Shown here: positions 11,852-22,354 of the stretch, one piece after another
Layout: each line of letters starts with the position of its first letter
Numbering within the stretch: position 1 is the first letter of the stretch
Assembly (NCBI GenBank): GCA_963755715.1
Contig: CAVWLW010000038.1
Location: 1 to 64,000, forward strand
Direction of reading: 5' to 3'
DNA: 64,000 bases
Source: an uncultured delta proteobacterium
Lineage (GTDB): Bacteria > Desulfobacterota > Binatia > UBA9968
The notes under the pieces: generated by a model
Told to the model about the DNA's origin: nothing
Seen by the model: only the letters and a program-made list of their open reading frames with translations
Databases searched by the model: none
Position numbers and translations under genes: made by a program

Positions 11852-13546
11852 TTACTTACCGCGTATCATCTCCTCGGCGTGGCGCCGCGCTTGCTCGGTG
11901 ATTGTCACGCCGCCGAGCATCCGGGCCAACTCGCTGACCCGGTCCCGTTCGTTCAGTTGTCTGACCCGCGTGAAAGTCCGCCCCTTCTCGACCTCTTTTT
12001 CCACGACGAAATGGGCGTCGGCCAGGGCGGCCACCTGCGGCAGATGGGTCACGCTGATCACTTGATGATGCGCGGCCACCTGTTTGAGCTTTTTACCGAC
12101 GATTTCCGCCACCCCGCCGCCGATGCCGGCATCGACCTCGTCAAATAGCAGCGTCGAAACCACTCCCGGCGTCATGACCAGGGCTTTGAGCGCGAGCATC
12201 AGGCGCGACAGTTCGCCGCCGGAAGCGATCTTTGCCAGCGGTTTCGGCGGTTCTCCCGGGTTCGGCGAAAAATAGAATTCCACCTGATCCATGCCCCGTT
12301 CGGTGAGTTTCTTGCCAGCGATAAAAAACGGCGGTGCATCGGCTTTTTCATCTTGCGTGACAAAACGTGCCTCGAACGTCGTCTCCGGCATACCGAGACC
12401 CTTCACCTCTTTTTCCATTTCCCGCTTCAGTTTTTTTGCCGCGCGCTGGCGGGCGAGTGAAGCTTTTTCCGCTGTTTCCCATGCACCGTTACGCGCCGCG
12501 GCAAACGCCTTCTCCATAAGGGCGATTTGCTCCTCGCCCTGTTCCAAGCTGCCGAGCGATGTTTTGATTTCCTCATGCATGCGCAGGATTTCGTCGACGC
12601 TCCCATTGTATTTACGTTTGAGGCGCTGGATTTCGGCCAAGCGGTCTTCGACTTGTTCCAGCGCGCCCGGATCGAAATGGACGCGCTCGGCGTAACGGCG
12701 CAGCTGCGCCGCGGCCTCTTGCAGCTGCGCCAGCGAAGAGTCGAGCAATTCGGCGCTCGGTTGCAGATGATGATCGATCATCGAGAGCTCGCGCAGCCGG
12801 ACAGTGTATTTACCCAGCCGGCTGACCAGCGCCGCTTCGCCTTCGTATAAAAGCTCCTCGCCCTCGCGACAACCCTGATAAAGCTTTTCGCTATGCGCCA
12901 GAACATTCTTGCTGGCTCGGAGCTCTTCTTCCTCGCCGGGCTTGAGCCGCGACTGGGCCAGCTCCTCGGCTTGGGCTTCGAGCAAGTTTTTTTCACGACG
13001 CCGCTGCTCGAGCGACTGCCGCGCTGCGTTGAGGTCGCGCCAGGCATCGGCCAAGCCAGCGTAACTTTCTTTCATCGTCCGCGCCAAAGCGGCCATGTCG
13101 GCGAACGCGTCGAGCAAATTCAAATGAGTTTCCGGCTGCAGCAAAGTGTGGTGCTCATGCTGGCCGTAGATATGAACCAGGGAGCTCCCTATGTCGGCGA
13201 GAACCGCGAGCGGTGCGAGACTGCCGTTTAAGTAAATGCGATTTTTGCCCGAGCGATTGACGATGCGTTTGATCACGAGTTCGCCGTTCGTCTCGAAGCC
13301 GGCGGCACCGAGCTTATTTTCTATCTCCGCCGGCAAGCCTTCGAACAGCGCTTCGACGGTCGCTTCTTCCTCTTGGCTGCGAATCACCTCCGAGCTGCCG
13401 CGCTCGCCAGCGATCAAGCCGAGAGCGTTCAGAATAATCGATTTGCCGGCCCCGGTTTCGCCGGTAATAATGTTCAGTCCGGACTGGAGATCGAGGCCGA
13501 CCTCATCGATAACTGCGAAGTTCTTGATGCGCAGTTCGCGCAGCAT
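11852..13546 (-). CDS. recN: DNA repair protein RecN
   Basis: TGETGAGKS, ASGGELSR, FDEVDAGIGG, THLPQVAA. Confidence 0.97.
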   Translation of the reverse strand: MLRELRIKNFAVIDEVGLDLQSGLNIITGETGAGKSIILNALGLIAGERGSSEVIRSQEEEATVEALFEGLPAEIENKLGAAGFETNGELVIKRIVNRSGKNRIYLNGSLAPLAVLADIGSSLVHIYGQHEHHTLLQPETHLNLLDAFADMAALARTMKESYAGLADAWRDLNAARQSLEQRRREKNLLEAQAEELAQSRLKPGEEEELRASKNVLAHSEKLYQGCREGEELLYEGEAALVSRLGKYTVRLRELSMIDHHLQPSAELLDSSLAQLQEAAAQLRRYAERVHFDPGALEQVEDRLAEIQRLKRKYNGSVDEILRMHEEIKTSLGSLEQGEEQIALMEKAFAAARNGAWETAEKASLARQRAAKKLKREMEKEVKGLGMPETTFEARFVTQDEKADAPPFFIAGKKLTERGMDQVEFYFSPNPGEPPKPLAKIASGGELSRLMLALKALVMTPGVVSTLLFDEVDAGIGGGVAEIVGKKLKQVAAHHQVISVTHLPQVAALADAHFVVEKEVEKGRTFTRVRQLNERDRVSELARMLGGVTITEQARRHAEEMIRGK

Positions 13547-13558
13547 AAGACCGAGCGC

Positions 13559-14410
13559 CTAACGTTCTCCCCATTTTAGCTTTTCGCGCAAAATCTCATA
13601 ATAGCTGCGCGACGGAAGTTTGATCAAAGACACCGGCAAGCCGTAGTCGCGCGCTTCGACCCGATCGCCATTGTTGAGCCGCATCCCTTGCTGACCGTCG
13701 GGAATTAAGATGACGGTGTCGCCGAAGGAGCGCAGAGTGACGCGAATCACCGCGTTGCTCGGCACGACGATGGGCCGATGCGTGAGCGTGTGGGGGCAAA
13801 TGGGAGCTAACACGATGGCGCCGAGAGTCGGCTCAAGGATCGGCCCCGCCGCGGCCAGGGAATACGCGGTCGATCCGGTCGGGGTCGAGATAATCAGACC
13901 GTCGGCGCGATAGGTGCAGAGATAATCCTTACCGACGTAGGTTTCCAGATCGATGATCCGGCTGCGCGCACCCTTGGCGATAACAACGTCGTTGAGCACG
14001 CGAAACTTGTGCGCGCGTCCATTCTTTCCCAACACACGTACCTCGAGGGTCATGCGTTTTTCGACTTCATAATCGCCGCTGAGGGTTTTACTCAGCACCG
14101 GTTCCAGCTCGTCGACGGCGACCTCGGTGATAAATCCCAAGGCGCCCAGATTGACCCCGAGAATCGGCACTTCCGGCCGCTCCACCAACGGAGCGATATT
14201 GAGCAACGTACCATCGCCGCCGAGAGAGATGATGAGGTCGGCTTTCAGCGCCATCTCCTTCTTGCTGCAAGACTGCGCGCCGGCGCGCGCCAGACCGTTT
14301 TCCACGCAGACTTTCTTGCCGCGCTTTTTCAGCCACGGGATCAGCCAGCGAACCATCTGTGCGGCTTTGCGTTCCTGGTACTTGGCCACAAGGCCGACGG
14401 TACGAATCAT
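13559..14410 (-). CDS. nadK: NAD kinase
   Basis: LGGDGTLL, LND, ADGLIISTPTGSTAYSL; precedes recN. Confidence 0.96.
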   Translation of the reverse strand: MIRTVGLVAKYQERKAAQMVRWLIPWLKKRGKKVCVENGLARAGAQSCSKKEMALKADLIISLGGDGTLLNIAPLVERPEVPILGVNLGALGFITEVAVDELEPVLSKTLSGDYEVEKRMTLEVRVLGKNGRAHKFRVLNDVVIAKGARSRIIDLETYVGKDYLCTYRADGLIISTPTGSTAYSLAAAGPILEPTLGAIVLAPICPHTLTHRPIVVPSNAVIRVTLRSFGDTVILIPDGQQGMRLNNGDRVEARDYGLPVSLIKLPSRSYYEILREKLKWGER

Positions 14411-14662
14411 CGACGAAGCTCCTGCGCGAGATTATCACATGGTAGAAAAAAATGTCTACGACGACAGCTATCGTTACCATCGACGGTCATGAAATTACGT
14501 TGAGCAACTGCATGGCGAATTCTCACGGTGCCGCTTTTGGAAAGATTTAACCTGGCCTTAACGCGCCGATTCGCGTCGAGGAACATCGAGCGGGCCGGTC
14601 ATCCGCGGCTTTCGCGAACCATGAAGAACGCTCGGACCGGTAAAGAAACTTGTCTGCCCGGA

Positions 14663-15589
14663 TCAAACCACCAGGCTGCGTAGACGCGAGCTCAGGTGAT
14701 CGACCAACATGACCAGCGCGATCAGCACCAGAACGATGGCGGCCGCTTCCTGATATTGAAAAGTGCGAAAGCTGGTGTTCATGAGATAGCCGATGCCACC
14801 GGCGCCGATCAGACCGAGCACGGACGCCGCGCGAATGTTGGTTTCGAGACGATAAAGCGTAAAGGAAATAAGGTCAGGCAAAATCTGCGGCAGCACGGCG
14901 AAGGAAAGAATTTGCCCATAGCCCGCACCCGTGGCGCGGATCGCTTCGACCACGCCCTCGTCAATATTTTCCACCGACTCGGAAAGCAGTTTACCGAGTA
15001 CGGTCGCGGTATGAATGGCCAACGCCAGGGTTCCAGCGAAAGCGCCCAAGCCGACGGCGGCGACAAACAGCAAACCGAGCGCTAGGTCGGGAATCGTGCG
15101 CACCAGATTCAAAACCGAGCGCACGGAAAAATAGACCCACGGATGGGGTGTCGTGTTGCGCGCTGCAAGAAAGCCCAATGGAAAGGCCACGATCAATGCG
15201 ACAAATGTGCCGGCCAACGCCATCTGCACCGTCTCGAGCGTGGCGCCGATGACCGTCTGAGGGAACGTGTTGTCCCACCAGCGCCGCCGCGCGCGCTCCC
15301 GATCGGCGCCAAGCGGCAATGGCAGAATCAGCTCGGTCACCGACAGGCCCGGCGGCAGATAGTAATTTTTGGCGTCGGTGATCTTGTGAAAATCCGGCGG
15401 CAGCATGCGCCCGAGAGTGAGAAAAATCTGCGGAATGCCTTCGATCAGTTCCGCCGGGCGAATCTTTGCCCCGGTAAAAGACCAGGCCAAGACCAACAGT
15501 GAAACCGCAATCAGAAGCCACGACCGCGCTTTACGTTTTGGCCGCGGCGCCGCGCTGAAGATATCTCCCTCGCCGTCTTTAACGGTCAA
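14663..15589 (-). CDS. phnE: Phosphonate/phosphite ABC transporter permease
   Basis: TLETVQMA, RTIPDL, RLETNIRAASVLGLIGAGGIG; AAGGAG RBS before a TTG start. Confidence 0.92.
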   Translation of the reverse strand: MTVKDGEGDIFSAAPRPKRKARSWLLIAVSLLVLAWSFTGAKIRPAELIEGIPQIFLTLGRMLPPDFHKITDAKNYYLPPGLSVTELILPLPLGADRERARRRWWDNTFPQTVIGATLETVQMALAGTFVALIVAFPLGFLAARNTTPHPWVYFSVRSVLNLVRTIPDLALGLLFVAAVGLGAFAGTLALAIHTATVLGKLLSESVENIDEGVVEAIRATGAGYGQILSFAVLPQILPDLISFTLYRLETNIRAASVLGLIGAGGIGYLMNTSFRTFQYQEAAAIVLVLIALVMLVDHLSSRLRSLVV

Positions 15590-15856
15590 ATTCTTATTCT
15601 CCTTGCTGCTCCCGTTCGATCACGCATATCCGACAATACACTTGGCCGGGATTTTTGCCAGCTTAACTCACGCACGAGTGCGCGGACAAGCCGGCCAGGT
15701 TGACACCCCAGTGCGGTTTCGGATAGTTCTCCGCGTCAAGGACACGCCAAACCGCGCGCTCAAGTCTTCCGGTTGGCGGAGATTCGGGAACTCAACAGCG
15801 CTGACGGAACGGCCGGTTATTAGCAACATAGGTTTAGCTCTGCAGCGCCTAGAACC

Positions 15857-17686
15857 ATGCTCTCACCAGATAAGCTTGCCTATCTTTCGTGCCTGCCGCT
15901 GTTTCAATCGATGGATCGCGCGGCGCTAGTGGCTCTTTTGCCGCAGTTGGATTGGCGCCCTCTCACCGGCGGCGAGACTCTGTTTCGCGCCGGCGATATC
16001 GGCGATGCGATGTACGTCGTGCTGTCGGGTCGGCTGCGCGTCTCGATCGAGCACGGCAACGGCACGGAAGAGGCGATTCGCGAAATCGCCCGCGGTGAAA
16101 GTGTTGGTGAACTGGCGCTTCTCACCGGCAACCCGCGCTCGGCCACGGTGCGGGCGATCCGTGACAGCGAGCTGGCGCGACTTTCTCGCGCCGCTTTTGA
16201 AAACGTTTTTAAAAATCATCCGCAACTCGTCGGCCAATTGACCCTGCAGATCGCAAGTCGCCAAAGTCAAGGCAGTGACCCAACGCTAACACGCCGTAAC
16301 ATTCGAACTCTGGCGATCTTGGCTTTCGATGAGGCGGTGCCGATCCGAGAATTTACCCGCCGCCTCGTAACAACCTTGCAAAATTTCGGCGCGACGATCC
16401 ATTTACATGAGCGCTCGAGCCATCTCGGCAGATGGGCCGAAACAGACCCGCTAGCCGAGCACGGGGAACTGACTGGCCAATTGAGCGCGCTCGAAACCAA
16501 TTATCGGTTCGTCGTGTATGAAGCCGACGCGGCGCTTTCGCCGTGGACCCAGCGTTGCATCCGCCAAGCCGACCTCATATGGATCATCGCCGCCGCTGAC
16601 TCCGAACCAGAACCGTCACGGCCGTCAATCTTAGCGAACTATTTCCGCTCTCAGCAAATGAGCGCGTCGGTTGAGCTGGTTCTCCTGCACGGCTCGGATT
16701 TTCAACCGACGATACAAGCGCAAAAGTGGCTATCGTGCCTGAGTGTCACCGCGCATCATCATACGGTTTTGACGGCTCCAGCCGACTTCAAAAAACTAGC
16801 GCGTCTTTTGACCGCTTCAGCGGTGAGCTTGGTATTGAGCGGTGGCGGCGCGCGCGCTTTCGCGCATATCGGCGTGATTCGCGCCTTGAGCGAGAGCGGC
16901 ATCCCGATCGATGCCATCGGCGGCACGAGCATGGGCGCGGTTATCGCCGCGCAGCACGCTCTCGGCTGGGATTGGCAAACCATGGTTCGCGTAAACCGAG
17001 AAGCTTGGCCGCGCTGCAAGCCCGAGCGAAATTACACCCTGCCTCTCGTCGCTTTGAACTCCGGCAAGCGCATGGACCAGATGCTCAGAAGCATGTTTGG
17101 CGACAGTCAAATTGAAAACCTGCGCACTAAATTTTTTTGCGTGTCGACGAACTTGACCCGAGCCGAGGCAAAAATTCATTGCGCCGGCATGTTGTGGAAA
17201 GCCGTGCGCGCCAGCATCTCGATCCCTGGCATCGGACCGCCGGCGATCGAAAACGGCGAGATCTTGATCGACGGCGGCTTGATGAACAACTTGCCCGTCG
17301 CCGTCATGAAACAATTCTGCCAAGGCCCTGTGCTCGCGGTCGATGTCAGCGAGCAGTTGGAATTCAAGAGCAAGTTGGCGGAAAGCTATACCGTCTCGGG
17401 CTGGAAGTTATTTTGGCAGCGGCTCAATCCGTTTTCCGAGCGACCGGATATTCCCAACATTCTCGACATTCTTTACCGCACCACGACCGTCGGCGGCATC
17501 GGCATCATTGAAACCGCCAAAACCGAAGCCGATATTTGTCTCAATCCGCCGGTCGCCCGTTTCGGCGTTTTCGATTGGCGCTCGGTCGATGCGATCATCG
17601 AAGCTGGTTACCGCGACGCGCAGCGCCAGCTCGAACAATGTGACTCAGCAACCCGGCGCCGACTGCATTGGCAAACCGCCGGCTAA
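15857..17686 (+). CDS. Cyclic-nucleotide-binding patatin-like phospholipase (NTE-like)
   Basis: cNMP domain (GELALLTGNPRSATVRA) plus patatin motifs GGGARA, GTSMG, DGG. Confidence 0.92.
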   Translation: MLSPDKLAYLSCLPLFQSMDRAALVALLPQLDWRPLTGGETLFRAGDIGDAMYVVLSGRLRVSIEHGNGTEEAIREIARGESVGELALLTGNPRSATVRAIRDSELARLSRAAFENVFKNHPQLVGQLTLQIASRQSQGSDPTLTRRNIRTLAILAFDEAVPIREFTRRLVTTLQNFGATIHLHERSSHLGRWAETDPLAEHGELTGQLSALETNYRFVVYEADAALSPWTQRCIRQADLIWIIAAADSEPEPSRPSILANYFRSQQMSASVELVLLHGSDFQPTIQAQKWLSCLSVTAHHHTVLTAPADFKKLARLLTASAVSLVLSGGGARAFAHIGVIRALSESGIPIDAIGGTSMGAVIAAQHALGWDWQTMVRVNREAWPRCKPERNYTLPLVALNSGKRMDQMLRSMFGDSQIENLRTKFFCVSTNLTRAEAKIHCAGMLWKAVRASISIPGIGPPAIENGEILIDGGLMNNLPVAVMKQFCQGPVLAVDVSEQLEFKSKLAESYTVSGWKLFWQRLNPFSERPDIPNILDILYRTTTVGGIGIIETAKTEADICLNPPVARFGVFDWRSVDAIIEAGYRDAQRQLEQCDSATRRRLHWQTAG

Positions 17687-17698
17687 GCTTTGCTCGCG

Positions 17699-18478
17699 CT
17701 ACTCTTGGTGGTGATAGATGGCGTCGACCGCGGCGGCGGTCAGTTCCGATGTCGGGCCGTCGAAGACAATCCGTCCTTGTTTCAATCCGATGACCCGATC
17801 CGCATACTCGCGGGTCAGCTCGAGCGTGTGCAAGCTTACCAGCGCGGTAATGCCGTCTTCGCGGCAAACCCGTTTGAGAATATCGAGCACGACGCGCGAC
17901 AGTTTCGGGTCGAGGCTCGAAACCGGTTCATCGGCGAGAATGAGCGCCGGCTGCTGCATCAACGTGCGGGCGATAGCGACGCGCTGCTGCTCGCCGCCGC
18001 TGAGCTCGTCGGCGCGCTTGTAAGCGTACTGCAACAACCCGACCCGCTTGAGATTGATGAGCGCCTGGCGGCGCTCTTCTTGGGAAAAGATTCTGAGCGT
18101 GCTTCTGAACGACGGCTGATATCCGAGTCCACCGGCGAGCACGTTTTCAATCACCGACAACCGTTTGGCGAGATTGAACTGCTGAAAGATCATGCCGATC
18201 CTGCGGCGCAACTGGCGCAAGCCGGCGCGATCGAGCTTTAAAACATCGACCGGCGCGCCGGCCGCGCCGTGATTTAGCAGCTCTTTGGGCACGCGGATCT
18301 CTCCGGCGCTAGCCTCGACCAGACGGTTGACGCAGCGCAACAAGGACGACTTGCCGGCACCGCTCAGTCCGATGACGCCGACGAATTCACCCTGTTCAAG
18401 TTTGAGACTGATGCCGCGCAGCACCGGCACGCCACCGTTATAAGACTGATGGAGATCGTTGATCTCGAGAAGAGTCAC
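17699..18478 (-). CDS. phnC: Phosphonate ABC transporter ATP-binding protein
   Basis: [36 protein letters not shown]. Confidence 0.93.
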   Translation of the reverse strand: MTLLEINDLHQSYNGGVPVLRGISLKLEQGEFVGVIGLSGAGKSSLLRCVNRLVEASAGEIRVPKELLNHGAAGAPVDVLKLDRAGLRQLRRRIGMIFQQFNLAKRLSVIENVLAGGLGYQPSFRSTLRIFSQEERRQALINLKRVGLLQYAYKRADELSGGEQQRVAIARTLMQQPALILADEPVSSLDPKLSRVVLDILKRVCREDGITALVSLHTLELTREYADRVIGLKQGRIVFDGPTSELTAAAVDAIYHHQE

Positions 18479-19392
18479 GAGGGTTTTTTCTGCAGCGTAT
18501 CTTTGATGGGTATGCCGGCGTCGATGAAAGCCTGGCGCACCGAGTCGTAGTCTTTGTCGCTGGCACGAACGAAGCCGTCGATTTGATAGAGTTCGCGCAG
18601 CATTTGCTTTCCTTTCGGATCGCGGCTGAGCTCGATGAAGACCTCTTCAACCTTCTTGGCGATGCTCGAATCGAGGCTGCCGCTGACGACCAAATTATCC
18701 GCGGGGATCGGCTCGGAAAACGCAATGGCGCGAATGAGCTTGACATCCGCGGGATTTTTCAGATAGCGCATCCAGGCGGTATCCTGGCTGTCCGGCGAGT
18801 TGGCGTAGGTGGCGCCGGCATCGACTTTGCCGTTGAGCACCGCCAACACGGTGGCGTCGTGCCCCCCGGAGTAGAGAATCTGCCTAAAGTCGCGCACCGG
18901 TTCGATGCCGTGCTCCCTGAACATTTTTCGCGGAAAAACATTGCCGGTGGTCGAAAGCGCATCGCCGAACGCGAAGGTCTTGCCGCGCAGATCGTCGAGC
19001 TTTTCAATGCCGCTGTCGGCCCGGGTAATGATCGCGGCGTAGTAGAAGGGAATGCCTTTGCGCTCGGATTTGAGGATCACTTTGATATCGGCTTCGTTTT
19101 TCGCAAGCACGTAGGACGCCGGCGCCAGAAAGGCAACATCGAGTTTATGGACCCGCAAGGCTTCAACCACGCCGGTATAATCGGTGGCGACAAAGGGTTG
19201 AATCTCCATTCCCAACCGTTGACGCAGAATCTCCACGATCGGTTGGGCATTTTGCATGACCTGTTGCGCGTCTTCAGCGGGGACGAAGCCGACGCGCAGA
19301 GTCTTCGTTCTCCCGTCGGGACCGCCACAGGCAGCCACCCCCGCGACCAATAACCATAAGCCAATTCTAAAGAAGGCCTTGCCCATCGCCAT
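18475..19392 (-). CDS. phnD: Phosphate/phosphite/phosphonate substrate-binding lipoprotein
   Basis: Lipobox VAAC; ATDYTGVVEAL, STTG, GGHDA. Confidence 0.9.
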   Translation of the reverse strand: MAMGKAFFRIGLWLLVAGVAACGGPDGRTKTLRVGFVPAEDAQQVMQNAQPIVEILRQRLGMEIQPFVATDYTGVVEALRVHKLDVAFLAPASYVLAKNEADIKVILKSERKGIPFYYAAIITRADSGIEKLDDLRGKTFAFGDALSTTGNVFPRKMFREHGIEPVRDFRQILYSGGHDATVLAVLNGKVDAGATYANSPDSQDTAWMRYLKNPADVKLIRAIAFSEPIPADNLVVSGSLDSSIAKKVEEVFIELSRDPKGKQMLRELYQIDGFVRASDKDYDSVRQAFIDAGIPIKDTLQKKPS

Positions 19393-19573
19393 TCATTGAT
19401 ACTGAAAGCTCGTCACCGGTGCAAACGTTCCGATTTCGGCCAATGGATTAGGCGAAAGATCGATCCGGCTCCGGATCAACGACGATGGGATCGCGAAGTT
19501 TTAGCAAGAAAATATGCGAGGGCTGTTCAAGTCAGTCATCTTCGATCCCGGCGAAGCTGCCCAACGACTTCAT

Positions 19574-19945
19574 TTAATTTAGTGGTACCGGTTTTCCCGC
19601 CTCATCGACAGAAACATAGATTACTTCCGCCTCGGTCACTTTGACCCGTTGGCGCGGATCCCTGCCCCGTTCGGCTTCGACGCTGACTTTGATGGTAATT
19701 GAAGTGGTGCCCTGGCGCAGCACCGTAGTATAAAAGCTAACCACGTCGCCGACGTAAACCGGCGCGATGAATTCGACCGCGTGCATGGCGCGGGTGACGA
19801 AGTTACGCGCGGCCAATCGCGACGCCGCGATGCCGCCAGCCAAGTCGAGATGGCTCAGGATCACGCCGCCGAATATCGTGCCGCGCGCATTGGTATCGCG
19901 CGGCAGCATGGTCACACGCAAGGTGGCATCGCGAGAATCCGTCAT
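19574..19945 (-). CDS. Acyl-CoA thioesterase (YciA-like hotdog fold)
   Basis: PRDTNARGTIFGG, PVYVGD. Confidence 0.9.
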   Translation of the reverse strand: MTDSRDATLRVTMLPRDTNARGTIFGGVILSHLDLAGGIAASRLAARNFVTRAMHAVEFIAPVYVGDVVSFYTTVLRQGTTSITIKVSVEAERGRDPRQRVKVTEAEVIYVSVDEAGKPVPLN

Positions 19946-19996
19946 GATAAAGATTTCAGCAATGCGCGACGACGAGACAAACAACCGGCCCGCCCG

Positions 19997-20914
19997 CTAA
20001 ACGTAGGCGAGCCATTTTTCGTAGCGGCCGTTTTTCCCCTTGATGATATCGAAAAACGCGTTTTGAATATCTTCGGTCACCGGTCCGCGCCGGCCCGCGC
20101 CGATTTGCCGGTCGTCCACTTCGCGAATCGGCGTTAGCTCCGCCGCCGTCCCAGTAAAAAACGCCTCATCGGCAGTGTAAAGCTCGTCCCTCGTAAAGCG
20201 CTCTTCGATCAGCTCGTAACCCTTGTCACGAGCAAGCGTGATAATCGAATCGCGGGTAATGCCGGGAAGAATCGACGTGAGCGGCGTCGTTTTAATCTTG
20301 CGGTCACGCACCATAAAAATATTCTCGCCGCTCGCCTCGGAAACGTAGCCCTCGGGGTCGAGCATGATCGCCTCGTCATAACCGGCTTTTTTCACTTCGT
20401 GCTTGGCCAAAACCGAGTTAATGTAATTGCCCGCGCCCTTGCTTTTGGTCATCATCACGTTGACGTGGTGGCGCGTGAAAGAAGACACTTTGGCTCGGAT
20501 GCCGTTGGTCAAACCTTCGGCGCCGAGATAAGCGCCCCAGGGCCAAACCGCGATGCAGACGCTCACCGGATTGTTCGGCGCGTAGAGACCCAATTCACCA
20601 AGACCGACGAACGCCAATGGACGGATGTAGCACTCCTTCAATTTGTTGGCGCGAATAACCTCGATCGTCGCCTGGTTCAATTGCTCTTCGGAATAGGGAA
20701 GAGGAAAACCGAGAATCTTGCCGGAATCGGCGAGCCGGCGCGTATGCTCCAGCAAACGAAATACCGCCGAGCGGCCGTCGGCCAAATGATAGCAGCGAAT
20801 GCCTTCAAAGTAGGCCGTGCCATAGTGCAGCGCATGGGACAGCACATGCACCTTGGCGTCTTCCCAACGAATCAACTCTCCGTCAAGCCAAATTTTTTCG
20901 GTTTTGATCGACAT
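19997..20914 (-). CDS. ilvE: Branched-chain amino acid aminotransferase
   Basis: HALHYG, FEGIR, GNYINS, EASGENIF, LPGITRD, GTAAE. Confidence 0.96.
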   Translation of the reverse strand: MSIKTEKIWLDGELIRWEDAKVHVLSHALHYGTAYFEGIRCYHLADGRSAVFRLLEHTRRLADSGKILGFPLPYSEEQLNQATIEVIRANKLKECYIRPLAFVGLGELGLYAPNNPVSVCIAVWPWGAYLGAEGLTNGIRAKVSSFTRHHVNVMMTKSKGAGNYINSVLAKHEVKKAGYDEAIMLDPEGYVSEASGENIFMVRDRKIKTTPLTSILPGITRDSIITLARDKGYELIEERFTRDELYTADEAFFTGTAAELTPIREVDDRQIGAGRRGPVTEDIQNAFFDIIKGKNGRYEKWLAYV

Positions 20915-20991
20915 GTTTCTTCCTAGATTAGTAAGCCGGTTCCGTTTTTCCTGCCATTTTACGCAGCCGCGCCCGGCGCATCAAGCGGGCG

Positions 20992-21025
20992 AAAAAAAAG
21001 GCCACCCGGTTTTTCCGCGGTGGCC
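20992..21025 (-). terminator. Intrinsic terminator after the HU gene
   Basis: Minus strand GGCCACC...GGTGGCC followed by T8. Confidence 0.75.
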
Positions 21026-21044
21026 GGAGCGGATCGCCGGGAGT

Positions 21045-21314
21045 TTAGAGCCCCTTTTTGAATACCGGAGCCGGTTTGAATCCTACGGAGCGGCTCGCTT
21101 TGATGTTGATCACGGCGCCGGTCTGCGGATTTCTTCCCTTACGGGCTTTGCGTGATCGCACCGTGAAGGTGCCGAAGCCCGGTACCTGAAAGCGTTTGCT
21201 CTTGCGAATCGCCTTGGCGATGCTGTCGAACGTCGCATCGACCGCCATACCGGCGGCAACTTTGCTGATCTCCGCACTCTTGGCAACCGCGTCGATTAAT
21301 TCTCCTTTAGTCAT
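21045..21314 (-). CDS. hup: HU family DNA-binding protein
   Basis: MTKGELIDAVA, GFGTF, RKGRNPQTG. Confidence 0.95.
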   Translation of the reverse strand: MTKGELIDAVAKSAEISKVAAGMAVDATFDSIAKAIRKSKRFQVPGFGTFTVRSRKARKGRNPQTGAVINIKASRSVGFKPAPVFKKGL

Positions 21315-21384
21315 TAGCTGTTACCTCCCTGGCGCATGGATTCCGCTTGGCCGGATTTGAACGGCGAAACAAAAATAAAGGCCG

Positions 21385-21413
21385 ATCATTTCCAATTCGT
21401 CTGAAAATGTCAA
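21385..21413 (-). promoter_or_regulatory. Sigma70-like promoter for HU
   Basis: TTGACA-17 bp-AATGAT on the minus strand. Confidence 0.55.
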
Positions 21414-21418
21414 CAGTA

Positions 21419-22354
21419 TTATAAGGCCTTCGCAGCTTCGTGTAACAGGCCGTAGCGCACGCCCTGATCGCTGACGATCACGGCGTCGGCTTGAAAGCGA
21501 GTGAGAATCCTTTCGACCAGACATGCGCCGGCGAATATCACGTCGGCCCTCTTCGCCTCCAGGCCGACAAGCCGTTGGCGCTCCGCGATGGATTTTTGCT
21601 GGAGCGTACGGATCTGCCGACGTACTTGGTCAAGCGTCAAGCGGCTGCCGTGGACTTCGCCGTGGGAATAGCGGATCAGTTGTTTTTCCATCGCCGATAG
21701 AGTCGTAAAAGTGCCGGCGATGCCGACCAGCGTGAGCGGCCCTTGCGCTCGAATGCCGCGCGATTGTAATCCATCCAGCGCGTCATCGATGGCCGCATAC
21801 ATTCGTTCGACTTCAGGCGATTGCACCGGGTCCGAATGCAGATAACGCTCCGTCAGCCGCACCGAACCGACATCGATGCTCACAGCACCCAGCACCCCGG
21901 CTGCGTTGCCGCGTATGAACTCGGTGCTGCCGCCGCCGACGTCGACGACCAACAGCTCTCGTCCGGCCAAACCCAGACCGCGCTCGACAGCGAGAAATGA
22001 ATAGGCGGCTTCTTCATCGCCGGAAATGACGCGTATTTCCAAACCAACTTTGGCGCGATAGCGAGCGCGCACTTCAGCGCTATTCCGCGCGTCGCGCAGG
22101 GCGCTGGTGCCGACGGCGCTCACCTCTTCCACGCCGAGATTTTTGCAATGATCCAGATAGCGTTCCAACACCGCGAGGGCGCGCTGCTCGCCCTCGGCGG
22201 AGATCAACCCCGTCTGATCGACTCCCTTGCCAAGCCCGGCGATTTCCGCGAGATCGTCTAAAACTCTAAACCGACCGGTGTCGCGGATTTCCGCGATCAG
22301 GCAAAGAATCGTGTTAGTGCCGATATCGATAAAGGCGCTTCGTCTGGGACTCAT
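21419..22354 (-). CDS. ppx: Ppx/GppA family phosphatase (short form)
   Basis: IDIGTNT, TSALRDA, DVGGGSTE, GVRYG. Confidence 0.9.
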   Translation of the reverse strand: MSPRRSAFIDIGTNTILCLIAEIRDTGRFRVLDDLAEIAGLGKGVDQTGLISAEGEQRALAVLERYLDHCKNLGVEEVSAVGTSALRDARNSAEVRARYRAKVGLEIRVISGDEEAAYSFLAVERGLGLAGRELLVVDVGGGSTEFIRGNAAGVLGAVSIDVGSVRLTERYLHSDPVQSPEVERMYAAIDDALDGLQSRGIRAQGPLTLVGIAGTFTTLSAMEKQLIRYSHGEVHGSRLTLDQVRRQIRTLQQKSIAERQRLVGLEAKRADVIFAGACLVERILTRFQADAVIVSDQGVRYGLLHEAAKAL

